Assembly (NCBI RefSeq): GCF_009914755.1 | Contig: NC_060933.1 | DNA: 64,000 bases | Reading direction: 5' to 3' (one strand) | Origin: the human T2T-CHM13v2.0 reference genome, Homo sapiens | Program-made: the position numbers and the translations under genes | In this document: positions 28,906 through 43,800 of the stretch, piece after piece | Layout of the letters: the number at the start of each line of letters is the position of its first letter | Numbering within the stretch: the stretch's first letter is position 1 | The notes under the pieces: generated by a model | What the model saw: only the letters and a program-made list of their open reading frames with translations | Databases searched by the model: none | What the model was told of the DNA's origin: nothing

Positions 28906-31900
28906 ATGGAATGGAATGGAATTAATCGGAATAGAATGGAATGGAATGGAATGGAATGGAAGGGAATGGAATCAACAAGAGTGCAGGGGAATGGAATGGA
29001 ATGGAATGCAATGGAATGGAATAATCCGGAATGGAATGGAATGGAATGGAATCAACTCCATTGCAATGGAATGGAATGGAATGGAATGGAATGGAATAGA
29101 ATGGAATGGAATTAACACGAATAGAATGGAATGCAATAGAATGGAATGCAACGGAACCGAATGGAGTGGAATGGAATGGAATGGAATCAACCCGAGTACA
29201 GGGGAATGGAATGGAATGGAATGCAATGGTATGGAGTCATCCGTAATGGAATGGAAAGGAATGGAATGGAATGGAATGGAATGGAATGGAATCAACTCGA
29301 TGGCAATCGAATGGAATGGAATGGAATTAACCCGAATAGAATGGAATGGAATGGAATGGAACGGAACGGAATGGAATGGAATGGAATGGAATGGAATGGA
29401 ACGGAACGGAATGGAATGGAATGGAATGGAATGGAATCAACGCGAGTGCAGGGGAATGGAATGGAATGGAATGTAATGGAATGGAATCTTCCGGAATGGA
29501 ATGGAATGGAATGGAATGGAATGAAAGGCAATGGATTAAACTCGATTGCAATGGAATGGAAGAGAATGGAATGGAATGGAATGGAATGGAATGGAATGGA
29601 ATGGAATGGAATGGAATGCTTTCAAACCGAAAGGAATGGAAAGAATGGAATCAACACGAGTGGAAAGGAATGGAATGGAAAGGAATGGAATGGAATGGAA
29701 TGGTACGGAATAGAATGGAATGGAACGAACTGGAATGGAATGGAATGGAATGGTATGGAATGGAATGGAATGGAATGGAATCGTTCCGAGTGGAATAGGA
29801 GGGAATGTATTCGAGTGGAATGGAAAGGAATGGAATCAACCAGAGTGGAATGGAAGGGAATGGAATGGAATGGAAACTAATAGAATGGAATCAACCCGAG
29901 TGGAATGGAATGGAAAGGACTGGAATGGAATGGAATGGTATGGAATGGAATGGAATCAACTCGATTGTAATGGAATGGAATGGAATGGAATGGAATGGAA
30001 TGGAATGGAATGGAATTAACCCGAATAGAATGGAATGGAATGGAATGGAATGGAACGGAACGGAACGGAACGGAATGGAATGGAATGGAAAGGAAAGGAA
30101 TGGAATGGAATGGAATGGAATCGAATGGAATGGAATGGAATCAACGCGAGTGCAGGGGAATGGAATGGAATGGAATGCAATGGAATGGAAGCTTCCGGAA
30201 TGGAATGGAATGGAATGGAATGGAATGGAATGGAATGGAATGGAATAAACCCGAGTGCAATGGAATGGAGTGGAATGGAATGGAATGGAATGGAACAACC
30301 CGAATGGAATGGAATGTAATGGAGAGTAAGGGAGTTGAATAGAGTCAATCCGAATGTAATGGAATGGAATGGAACGGAATGGAATTGAATGGAATGGAAT
30401 GGAATGCAATGGAATGGAATCAACCCGAGTGCAATGGAATGGAGAGGAATGGAATGGAATGGAATGGAAACTACCCGAATGGAATGGAATGTAATGGAGT
30501 GTAAGGGAATTGAATAGAATCAATCCGAATGTAATGGAATGGAATGGAACAGACTGGAATGGAATGGAATGGAATGGAATGGAATGGAATGGAATGGAAT
30601 CAACCCGAGTGCAATCGAATGGAATCGAATGGAATGGAATGCAATGGAATGGATTCAACTTGAATGGAATGGAATGAATGTAATCAACACGAGTGGAAGG
30701 GCATGGATTGGAATGCAATGGAATGGAATCAACTCGAGTACAGGGGAATGGAATGGAATGGAATGCAATGGAATGGAATCATCCGTAATGGAATGGAAAG
30801 GAATGGAATGGAATGGAATGGAATGGATTGGAATGGAATGGAATGGAATGGAATCAACTCGATTGCAGTCGAATGGAATGGAATGGAATCAACCCGACTG
30901 CAGGGGAATGGAATGGAATGGAATGCAATGGAATGGATTCCACTTGAATGGAATGGAAAGAATGGAATGGAATGGAATGGAATGGAATGGAATCAACTCG
31001 ATTGCAGTCGAATGGAATGGAATGGAATTAACCCGAATAGAATGGAATGGAATGGAATGGAACGGAACGGAACGGAACGGAACGGAATGGAATGGAATGG
31101 AATGGAATGGAACGGAAAGGAATGGAATGGAATGGAATGGAATGCAATGGAATGGAATCAACGCGAGTGCAGGGGAATGGAATGGAATGGAATGCAATGG
31201 AATGGAATCATCCGGAATGGAATGGAATGGAATGGAATGGAATGGAATGGAATCAACCCGAGTGCAATGGAATGGAGTGGAATGGAATGGAATGGAATGG
31301 AACAACCCGAATGGAATGGAATGTAATGGAGAGTAAGGGAGTTGAATAGAATCAATCCGAATGTAATGGAATGGAATGGAACGGAATGGAATTGAATGGA
31401 ATGGAATGGAATGCAATGGAATGCAATCAACCCGAGTGCAATGGAATGGAGAGGAATGGAATGGAATGGAATGGAAACTACCCGAATGGAATGGAATGTA
31501 ATGGAGTGTAAGGGAATTGAATAGAATCAATCCGAATGTAATGGAAAGGAATGGAACGGAATGGAATGGAATGGAATGGAATGGAATGGAATGGAATCAA
31601 CCAGAGTGCAATCGAATGGAATCGAATGGAATGGAATGCAATGGAATGGAATCAACTTGAATGGAATGGAAAGAATGGAATCAACACGAGTGGAATGGCA
31701 TGGATTGGAATGGAATGGAATGGAATCAACCCAAGTACAGGGGAATGGAATGGAATGGAATGCAATGGAATGGAATCATCCGTAATGGAATGGAAAGGAA
31801 TGGAATGGAATGGAATGGAATGGAATGGAATGGAATCAACTCGATTGCAATCGAATGGAATGGAATGGAATTAACCCGAATAGAATGGAATGGAATGGAA

Positions 31901-34860
31901 TGGAACGGAACGGAATGGAATGGAATGGAATGGAACGGAACGGAATGGAATGGATGGAATGGAATGGAATCAACGCGAGTGCAGGGGAATGGAATGGAAT
32001 GGAATGCAATGGAATGGAAACTTCCGGAATGGAATGGAATGGAATGGAATGGAATGAAATGCAATGGATTCAACTCGATTGCAATGGAATGGAATAGAAT
32101 GGAATGAAATGGAATGGAATGCAATTAATCCGAATAGAATGGAATGGAATGGAATGGAACGGAATGGAACATAATGGAATGGAATGGAATGGAATGGTAC
32201 GGAATAGAATGGAATGGAACGAATTGTAATGGAATGGAATTGAATGGAATGGAATGGAATGGAATGGAATCAACGCGAGTGCAGGGGAATGTAATGGAAC
32301 GGAATGCAATGGAATGGAATCATCCGGAATGGAATGGAATGGAATGGAATGGAATGGAATGGAATGGAATGGAATCAACCCGAGTGCAATGGAATGGAGT
32401 GGAATGGAATGGAATGGAATGGAACAACCCGAATGGAATGGAATGTAATGGAGAGTAAGGGAGTTGAATAGAATAAATCCGAATGTAATGGAATGGAATG
32501 CAACGGAATGGAATGGAATGGAATGGAATGGAATGCAATGGAATGGAATCAACCCGAGTACAATGGAATGGAATGGAATGGAATGGAATGGAATGGAATG
32601 GAATGGAATGATACGGAACAGAATGGAATGGAACGAAATGGAATTGAATGGAAAGGAATGGAACGGAATGGAATGGAATCGTTCCGAGTGGAATAGGAGG
32701 GAATGTATTCGAGTGGAATGGAAAGGAATGGAATCAACCAGAGTGGAATCGAAGGGAATAGAATGGAATGGAAACTAATAGAATGGAATCAACCCGATTG
32801 GAATGGAATGGAAAGGACTGGAATGGAATGGAATGGAATGGAATGGAATGGAATGCCTTCAAACCGAATGGAATGGAAAGGAATGGAATCAACACGAGTG
32901 GAATGGAATGGAATGGAATGGAATGGAATGCAATGGAATGGAATGATACGGAATATAATGGAATGGAACGAAGTGGAATGGAATGGAATGGAATGGAATG
33001 GAATGGAATGGAATGGAATGGAATCGTTCCGAGTGGAATAGGAGGGAATGTATTCGAGTGGAATGGAAAGGAATGGAATCAACCAGAGTGGAATGGAAGG
33101 GAATGGAATGGAATGGAAACTAATAGAATGGAATCAACCCGATTGGAATGGAATGGAAAGGACTGGAATGGAATGGAATGGAATGGAATCAACTCGATTG
33201 TAATGGAATGGAATGGAATGGAATGGAATGGAATGGAATGGAATTAACCCGAATACAATGGAATGGAATGGAAAGGAACGGAATGGAGTGGAATGGAATT
33301 GAATCAACCCGAGTGCAGGGGAATGGAATGGAATGGAATGCAATGGAATGGAATCATCCGGAATGGAATGGAATGGAATGGAATGCAAAGCAATGGAATC
33401 AACTCGATTGCAATGGAATGGAATGGAATGGAAAGGAATACATTGGAATCAACCCGAGTGGAATGGAATGGAAAGGACTGGAATGGAGTGGAATGGAATG
33501 GAATGGAATGGAATGGAATGGAATGGAATGGAATGAACTCGATTGGAATGGAATGGAATGGAATGGAATGGAATGGAATGGAATGGAATGGAATTAACCC
33601 GAATAGAATGGAATGGAATGGCATGGAATGCAACGGAACGGAATGGAATGGAATGGAATGGAATGGAATGGAATGGAATCAACCCGACTGCAGGGGAATG
33701 GAATGGATTGGAATGCAATGGAATGGATTCAACTTGATTGTAATGGAAAGAATGGAATCAACACGAGTGGAATGTCATGGATTGGAATGGAATGGAATGG
33801 AATGAACCCGAGTACAGGGGAATGGAATGGAACGGAATGCAATGGAATGGAATCATCCGTAATGGAATGGAAAGGAATGGAATGGAATGGAATGGAATGG
33901 AATGGAATCAACTCGATTGCAATGGAATGGAATGGAATGGAATTAACCCGAATAGAATGGAATGGAATGGAATGGAACGGAAAGGAACGGAATGGAATGG
34001 AATGGAATGGAATGGAATGGAACGGAAAGGAATGGAATGGAATGGAATGGAATGGAATGGAATGGAATGGAATGGAATGGAATCAACGCGAGTGCAGGGG
34101 AATGGAATGGAATGGAATGCAATGGAATGGAATCTTCCGGAATGGAATGGAATGGAATGGAATGGAATGGAATGGAATGGAATCAACCCGAGTGCAATGG
34201 AATGGAGTGGAATGGAATGGAATGGAATGGAACAGCCCGAATCGAATGGAACGTAATGTAGAGTAAGGGAGTTGAATAGAATCAATCCGAATGTAATGGA
34301 ATGGAATGGAAAGGAATGGAATTGAATGGAATGGAATGGAATGCAATGGAATGGAATCAACCCTAGTGCAATGGAATGGAGAGAAATGGAATGGAATGGA
34401 ATGGAAACTACCCTAATGGAATAGAATGTAATGGAGTGTAAGGGAATTGAATAGAATCAATCCGAATGTAATGGAATGGAAAGGAATGGAATGGAATGGA
34501 ATGGAATGGAATGGAATGGAATGGAATCAACACGATTGCAATAGAATGGAATGGAATGGAATTAACCCGAATAGAGTGGAATGGAATGGAATGGAACGGA
34601 ACGGAATGGAATGGAATGGAATGGAATGGAACGGAACGGAACGGAACGGAATGGAATGGAATGGAATGGAATGGAATGGAATGGAATCAACGCGAGTGCA
34701 GGGGAATGGAATGGAATGGAATGCAATGGAATGGAATCTTCCGGAATGGAATGGAATGGAATGGAATGGAATGAAATGCAATGGATGCAACTCGATTGCA
34801 ATGGAATGGAATAGAATGGAATGGAATGGAATGGAATGGAATTAACCCGAATAGAATAGA
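28906..34860 (+). repeat. ~5.95-kb tandem duplication, copy A1
   Basis: Identical or near-identical ORF translations recur at +5955 (28972/34927, 29146/35101, 30539/36494, 32254/38209). The offset drifts to +5960, +5940, +5930 and +5935 through whole-pentamer indels. The rare word ATTAATCGGAATAG is at 28921 and 34876. Confidence 0.93.
30187..30201. promoter_or_regulatory. HSE motif variant gGAAg-cTTCc-gGAAt, containing the palindrome GGAAGCTTCC (HindIII site)
   Basis: Read directly; second copy at 36142 (+5955). Confidence 0.55.
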
Positions 34861-37800
34861 ATGGAATGGAATGGAATTAATCGGAATAGAATGGAATGGA
34901 ATGGAATGGAATGGAAGGGAATGGAATCAACAAGAGTGCAGGGGAATGGAATGGAATGGAATGCAATGGAATGGAATAATCCGGAATGGAATGGAATGGA
35001 ATGGAATCAACTCCATTGCAATGGAATGGAATGGAATGGAATGGAATGGAATAGAATGGAATGGAATTAACACGAATAGAATGGAATGCAATAGAATGGA
35101 ATGCAACGGAACCGAATGGAGTGGAATGGAATGGAATGGAATCAACCCGAGTACAGGGGAATGGAATGGAATGGAATGCAATGGTATGGAGTCATCCGTA
35201 ATGGAATGGAAAGGAATGGAATGGAATGGAATGGAATGGAATGGAATCAACTCGATGGCAATCGAATGGAATGGAATGGAATTAACCCGAATAGAATGGA
35301 ATGGAATGGAATGGAACGGAACGGAATGGAATGGAATGGAATGGAATGGAATGGAACGGAACGGAATGGAATGGAATGGAATGGAATGGAATCAACGCGA
35401 GTGCAGGGGAATGGAATGGAATGGAATGTAATGGAATGGAATCTTCCGGAATGGAATGGAATGGAATGGAATGGAATGAAAGGCAATGGATTAAACTCGA
35501 TTGCAATGGAATGGAAGAGAATGGAATGGAATGGAATGGAATGGAATGGAATGGAATGGAATGGAATGGAATGCTTTCAAACCGAAAGGAATGGAAAGAA
35601 TGGAATCAACACGAGTGGAAAGGAATGGAATGGAAAGGAATGGAATGGAATGGAATGGTACGGAATAGAATGGAATGGAACGAACTGGAATGGAATGGAA
35701 TGGAATGGTATGGAATGGAATGGAATGGAATGGAATCGTTCCGAGTGGAATAGGAGGGAATGTATTCGAGTGGAATGGAAAGGAATGGAATCAACCAGAG
35801 TGGAATGGAAGGGAATGGAATGGAATGGAAACTAATAGAATGGAATCAACCCGAGTGGAATGGAATGGAAAGGACTGGAATGGAATGGAATGGTATGGAA
35901 TGGAATGGAATCAACTCGATTGTAATGGAATGGAATGGAATGGAATGGAATGGAATGGAATGGAATGGAATTAACCCGAATAGAATGGAATGGAATGGAA
36001 TGGAATGGAACGGAACGGAACGGAACGGAATGGAATGGAATGGAAAGGAAAGGAATGGAATGGAATGGAATGGAATCGAATGGAATGGAATGGAATCAAC
36101 GCGAGTGCAGGGGAATGGAATGGAATGGAATGCAATGGAATGGAAGCTTCCGGAATGGAATGGAATGGAATGGAATGGAATGGAATGGAATGGAATGGAA
36201 TAAACCCGAGTGCAATGGAATGGAGTGGAATGGAATGGAATGGAATGGAACAACCCGAATGGAATGGAATGTAATGGAGAGTAAGGGAGTTGAATAGAGT
36301 CAATCCGAATGTAATGGAATGGAATGGAACGGAATGGAATTGAATGGAATGGAATGGAATGCAATGGAATGGAATCAACCCGAGTGCAATGGAATGGAGA
36401 GGAATGGAATGGAATGGAATGGAAACTACCCGAATGGAATGGAATGTAATGGAGTGTAAGGGAATTGAATAGAATCAATCCGAATGTAATGGAATGGAAT
36501 GGAACAGAATGGAATGGAATGGAATGGAATGGAATGGAATGGAATGGAATGGAATCAACCCGAGTGCAATCGAATGGAATCGAATGGAATGGAATGCAAT
36601 GGAATGGATTCAACTTGAATGGAATGGAATGAATGTAATCAACACGAGTGGAAGGGCATGGATTGGAATGCAATGGAATGGAATCAACTCGAGTACAGGG
36701 GAATGGAATGGAATGGAATGCAATGGAATGGAATCATCCGTAATGGAATGGAAAGGAATGGAATGGAATGGAATGGAATGGATTGGAATGGAATGGAATG
36801 GAATGGAATCAACTCGATTGCAGTCGAATGGAATGGAATGGAATCAACCCGACTGCAGGGGAATGGAATGGAATGGAATGCAATGGAATGGATTCAACTT
36901 GAATGGAATGGAAAGAATGGAATGGAATGGAATGGAATGGAATGGAATCAACTCGATTGCAGTCGAATGGAATGGAATGGAATTAACCCGAATAGAATGG
37001 AATGGAATGGAATGGAACGGAACGGAACGGAACGGAACGGAATGGAATGGAATGGAATGGAATGGAACGGAAAGGAATGGAATGGAATGGAATGGAATGG
37101 AATGGAATGGAATCAACGCGAGTGCAGGGGAATGGAATGGAATGGAATGCAATGGAATGGAATCATCCGGAATGGAATGGAATGGAATGGAATGGAATGG
37201 AATGGAATCAACCCGAGTGCAATGGAATGGAGTGGAATGGAATGGAATGGAATGGAACAACCCGAATGGAATGGAATGTAATGGAGAGTAAGGGAGTTGA
37301 ATAGAATCAATCCGAATGTAATGGAATGGAATGGAACGGAATGGAATTGAATGGAATGGAATGGAATGGAATGGAATGCAATCAACCCGAGTGCAATGGA
37401 ATGGAGAGGAATGGAATGGAATGGAATGGAAACTACCCGAATGGAATGGAATGTAATGGAGTGTAAGGGAATTGAATAGAATCAATCCGAATGTAATGGA
37501 AAGGAATGGAACGGAATGGAATGGAATGGAATGGAATGGAATGGAATGGAATCAACCAGAGTGCAATCGAATGGAATCGAATGGAATGGAATGCAATGGA
37601 ATGGAATCAACTTGAATGGAATGGAAAGAATGGAATCAACACGAGTGGAATGGCATGGATTGGAATGGAATGGAATGGAATCAACCCGAGTACAGGGGAA
37701 TGGAATGGAATGGAATGCAATGGAATGGAATCATCCGTAATGGAATGGAAAGGAATGGAATGGAATGGAATGGAATGGAATGGAATGGAATCAACTCGAT

Positions 37801-40800
37801 TGCAATCGAATGGAATGGAATGGAATTAACCCGAATAGAATGGAATGGAATGGAATGGAACGGAACGGAATGGAATGGAATGGAATGGAACGGAACGGAA
37901 TGGAATGGATGGAATGGAATGGAATCAACGCGAGTGCAGGGGAATGGAATGGAATGGAATGCAATGGAATGGAAACTTCCGGAATGGAATGGAATGGAAT
38001 GGAATGGAATGAAATGCAATGGATTCAACTCGATTGCAATGGAATGGAATAGAATGGAATGAAATGGAATGGAATGCAATTAATCCGAATAGAATGGAAT
38101 GGAATGGAATGGAACGGAATGGAACATAATGGAATGGAATGGAATGGAATGGTACGGAATAGAATGGAATGGAACGAATTGTAATGGAATGGAATTGAAT
38201 GGAATGGAATGGAATGGAATGGAATCAACGCGAGTGCAGGGGAATGTAATGGAACGGAATGCAATGGAATGGAATCATCCGGAATGGAATGGAATGGAAT
38301 GGAATGGAATGGAATGGAATGGAATGGAATCAACCCGAGTGCAATGGAATGGAGTGGAATGGAATGGAATGGAATGGAACAACCCGAATGGAATGGAATG
38401 TAATGGAGAGTAAGGGAGTTGAATAGAATCAATCCGAATGTAATGGAATGGAATGCAACGGAATGGAATGGAATGGAATGGAATGGAATGCAATGGAATG
38501 GAATCAACCCGAGTACAATGGAATGGAATGGAATGGAATGGAATGGAATGGAATGGAATGGAATGGAATGATACGGAACAGAATGGAATGGAACGAAATG
38601 GAATTGAATGGAAAGGAATGGAACGGAATGGAATGGAATCGTTCCGAGTGGAATAGGAGGGAATGTATTCGAGTGGAATGGAAAGGAATGGAATCAACCA
38701 GAGTGGAATCGAAGGGAATAGAATGGAATGGAAACTAATAGAATGGAATCAACCCGATTGGAATGGAATGGAAAGGACTGGAATGGAATGGAATGGAATG
38801 GAATGGAATGGAATGCCTTCAAACCGAATGGAATGGAAAGGAATGGAATCAACACGAGTGGAATGGAATGGAATGGAATGGAATGGAATGCAATGGAATG
38901 GAATGATACGGAATATAATGGAATGGAACGAAATGGAATGGAATGGAATGGAATGGAATGGAATCGTTCCGAGTGGAATAGGAGGGAATGTATTCGAGTG
39001 GAATGGAAAGGAATGGAATCAACCAGAGTGGAATGGAAGGGAATGGAATGGAATGGAAACTAATAGAATGGAATCAACCCGATTGGAATGGAATGGAAAG
39101 GACTGGAATGGAATGGAATGGAATGGAATCAACTCGATTGTAATGGAATGGAATGGAATGGAATGGAATGGAATGGAATGGAATTAACCCGAATACAATG
39201 GAATGGAATGGAAAGGAACGGAATGGAGTGGAATGGAATTGAATCAACCCGAGTGCAGGGGAATGGAATGGAATGGAATGCAATGGAATGGAATCATCCG
39301 GAATGGAATGGAATGGAATGGAATGCAAAGCAATGGAATCAACTCGATTGCAATGGAATGGAATGGAATGGAAAGGAATACATTGGAATCAACCCGAGTG
39401 GAATGGAATGGAAAGGACTGGAATGGAGTGGAATGGAATGGAATGGAATGGAATGGAATGGAATGGAATGAACTCGATTGGAATGGAATGGAATGGAATG
39501 GAATGGAATGGAATGGAATGGAATTAACCCGAATAGAATGGAATGGAATGGCATGGAATGCAACGGAACGGAATGGAATGGAATGGAATGGAATGGAATG
39601 GAATGGAATCAACCCGACTGCAGGGGAATGGAATGGAATGGAATGCAATGGAATGGATTCAACTTGAATGTAATGGAAAGAATGGAATCAACACGAGTGG
39701 AATGGCATGGATTGGAATGGAATGGAATGGAATGAACCCGAGTACAGGGGAATGGAATGGAATGGAATGCAATGGAATGGAATCATCCGTAATGGAATGG
39801 AAAGGAATGGAATGGAATGGAATGGAATGGAATGGAATGGAATCAACTCGATTGCAATGGAATGGAATGGAATGGAATTAACCCGAATAGAATGGAATGG
39901 AATGGAATGGAACGGAAAGGAACGGAATGGAATGGAATGGAATGGAATGGAATGGAACGGAAAGGAATGGAATGGAATGGAATGGAATGGAATGGAATGG
40001 AATGGAATGGAATGGAATCAACGCGAGTGCAGGGGAATGGAATGGAATGGAATGCAATGGAATGGAATCTTCCGGAATGGAATGGAATGGAATGGAATGG
40101 AATGGAATGGAATGGAATCAACCCGAGTGCAATGGAATGGAGTGGAATGGAATGGAATGGAATGGAACAGCCCGAATCGAATGGAACGTAATGTAGAGTA
40201 AGGGAGTTGAATAGAATCAATCCGAATGTAATGGAATGGAATGGAAAGGAATGGAATTGAATGGAATGGAATGGAATGCAATGGAATGGAATCAACCCTA
40301 GTGCAATGGAATGGAGAGAAATGGAATGGAATGGAATGGAAACTACCCTAATGGAATAGAATGTAATGGAGTGTAAGGGAATTGAATAGAATCAATCCGA
40401 ATGTAATGGAATGGAAAGGAATGGAATGGAATGGAATGGAATGGAATGGAATGGAATGGAATCAACACGATTGCAATAGAATGGAATGGAATGGAATTAA
40501 CCCGAATAGAGTGGAATGGAATGGAATGGAACGGAACGGAATGGAATGGAATGGAATGGAATGGAACGGAACGGAACGGAACGGAATGGAATGGAATGGA
40601 ATGGAATGGAATGGAATGGAATCAACGCGAGTGCAGGGGAATGGAATGGAATGGAATGCAATGGAATGGAATCTTCCGGAATGGAATGGAATGGAATGGA
40701 ATGGAATGAAATGCAATGGATGCAACTCGATTGCAATGGAATGGAATAGAATGGAATGGAATGGAATGGAATGGAATTAACCCGAATAGAATAGAATGGA
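34861..40800 (+). repeat. ~5.94-kb tandem duplication, copy A2
   Basis: Ends with ATTAACCCGAATAGAATAGA at 40776, matching 34841 in A1. Shares private variants with A1 (GGAAGCTTCC, GCTTTCAAACC, GGAACAGCCCGAATCG, CCCTAGTGC). Breakpoints lie in GGAAT microhomology, so they are uncertain by roughly 15 bp. Confidence 0.93.
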
Positions 40801-43800
40801 ATGGAACGGAATGGAACGGAATGGAATGGAATGGAATGGAATGGAATGGAATGGAATGGTATGGAATGGAATAGAATGGTACGGAATAGAATGGAATGGA
40901 ACGAATTGTAATGGAATGGAATTGAATGGAATGGAATGGAATGGAATGGAATCAACGCGAGTGCAGGGGAATGTAATGGAACGGAATGCAATGGAATGGA
41001 ATCATCCGGAATGGAATGGAATGGAATGGAATGGAATGGAATCAACCCGAGTGCAATGGAATGGAGTGGAAAGGAATGGAATGGAATGGAAGAACCCGAA
41101 TGGAATGGAATGTAATGGACAGTAAGGGAGTTGAATAGAATCAATCCGAATGTAATGGAATGGAATGCAACGGAATGGAATGGAATGGAATGGAATGGAA
41201 TGCAAAGGAATGGAATCAACCCGAGTGGAATGGCATGGAATGGAATGCAATGGAATGGAATGGAATGGAATCAACTCGAGTGGAAAGGAATGGAATGGAA
41301 TGGAAAGGAATGGAATGAAGTCAACTCGAGTGGAATGGAATGGAATGGAATGGATTGGAATGGATTGCAATGGAATGAAATGGAATGGAATGGAATGGAA
41401 TCAATCATTCCGAGTGGAATGGAAGGGAATGTAATGGAGTGGAAAGAAGGGAATGGAATCAACCCGAGTGGAATGCAAGGCAATGGAATGGAATGGAAAG
41501 GAATGGAATGGAATCAACACGATTGCAATGGAATGGAATGGAATGGAATGGAATGGAAGGGAATTAACCGGAATAGAATGGAATGGAATGGAATGGAACG
41601 GAATGGAATGGAATGGAAGGGAATGGAATCAACACGAGTGCAGGGGAATGGAATGGAATGGAATGGAATGGAATGGAATCAACTCCATTGCAATGGAATG
41701 GAATGGAATGGAATGGAATAGAATGGAATGCAACGGAACCGAATGGAGTGGAATGGAATGGAATGGAATCAACCCGAGTACAGGGGAATGGAATGGAATG
41801 GAATGCAATGGAATGGAGTCATCCGTAATGGAATGGAAAGGAATGGAATGGAATGGAATGGAATGGAATGGAATGGAATGGAATCAACTCGATGGCAATC
41901 GAATGGAATGAAAGGGAATTAACCCGAATAGAATGGAATGGAATGGAATGGAACGGAACGGAATGGAATGGAATGGAATGGAATGGAATGGAACGGAACG
42001 GAATGGAATGGAATGGAATGGAATGCAATCAACGCGAGTGCAGGGGAATGGAATGCATTGGAATGCAATCGAATGGAATCTTCCGTAATGGAATGCAATG
42101 GAATGGAATGGAATGAAAGGCAATGGATTCAACTCGATTGCAATGGAATGGAATAGAATGGAATGGAATGGAATGGAATGGAATGGAATTGAATGGAATG
42201 GAATACCTTCAAACCGAATGGAATGGAAAGGAATGGAATCAACACGAGTGGAAAGGAATGGAATGGAAAGGAATGGAATGGAATGGAATGGTACGGAATA
42301 GAATGGAATGGAACGAAGTGGAATGGAATGGAATGGAATGGAATGGAATGGAATGGAATCGTTCCGAGTGGAATAGGATGGAATGTATTCGAGTGGAATG
42401 GAAAGGAATGGAATCAACCAGAGTGGAATGGAAGGGAATGGAATGGAATGGAAACTAATAGAATGGAATCAACCCGAGTGGAATGGAATGGAAAGGACTG
42501 GAATGGAATGGAATGGAATGGAATGGAATGGAATCAACTCGATTGTAATGGAATGGAATGGAATGGAATGGAATGGAATGGAATGGAATGGAATTAACCC
42601 GAATACAATGGAATGGAATGGAATGGAACGGAATGGAGTGGAATGGAATGGAATCAACCCGAGTGCAGGGGAATGGAATGGAATGGAATGCAATGGAATG
42701 GAATCATCCAGAATGGAATGGAATGGAATGGAATGCAAAGCAATGGAATCAACTCGATTGCAATGGAATGGAATGGAATGGAAAGGAATAGAATGGAATC
42801 AACCCGAGTGTTATGGAATGGAAAGGACTGGAATGGAGTGGAATGGAATGGAATGGAATGGAATGGAATCAACTCGATTGTAATGGAATGGAATGGAATG
42901 GAATGGAATGGAATTAACCGGAATAGAATGGAATGGAATGGAATGGAACGGAACGGAATGGAATGGAATGGAATGGAATGGAATGGAATGGAATCAACCC
43001 GACTGCAGGGGAATGGAATGGAATGGAATGGAATGGAATGGAATCATTCGGAACGGAATGGAATGGAATGGAATGGAATCAAATCGATTGCAATGGAATG
43101 GAATGGAATGGAATGGAATCGAATGGAATGGAGTGGAATTAACCGGAATAGAATGGAATGGAATGGAATGGAACGGAATGGAATGGAATGGAATGGAATG
43201 GAATGGAATGGAATGCAATGGAATGGAATCAACCCGAGTGCAATCGAATGGAATCGAATGGAATGGAATGCAATGGAATGGAATCAACTTGAATGGAATG
43301 GAAAGAATGGAATCAACACGAGTGGAATGGCATGGATTGGAATGGAATGGAATGGAATCAACCCGAGTACAGGGGAATGCAATGGAATGGAATGCAATGG
43401 AATGGAATCATCCGTAATGGAATGGAAAGGAATGGAATGGAATGGAATGGAATAGAATGGAATGGAATGGAATCAACTCGATTGCAATCGAATGGAATGG
43501 AATGGAATTAACCCGAATAGAATGGAATGGAATGGAATGGAACGGAATGGAATGGAATGGAATGGAATGGAACGGAACGGAATGGAATGGAATGGAATGG
43601 AATGGAATCAACGCGAGTGCAGGGGAATGTAATGGAATTGAATGGAATGGAATGGAATGGAATGGAATCAACGCGAGTGCAGGGGAATGTAATGGAACGG
43701 AATGCAATGGAATGGAATCATCCGGAATGGAATGGAATGGAATGGAATGGAATGGAATGGAATGGAATCAACCCGAGTGCAATGGAATGGATTGGAATGG

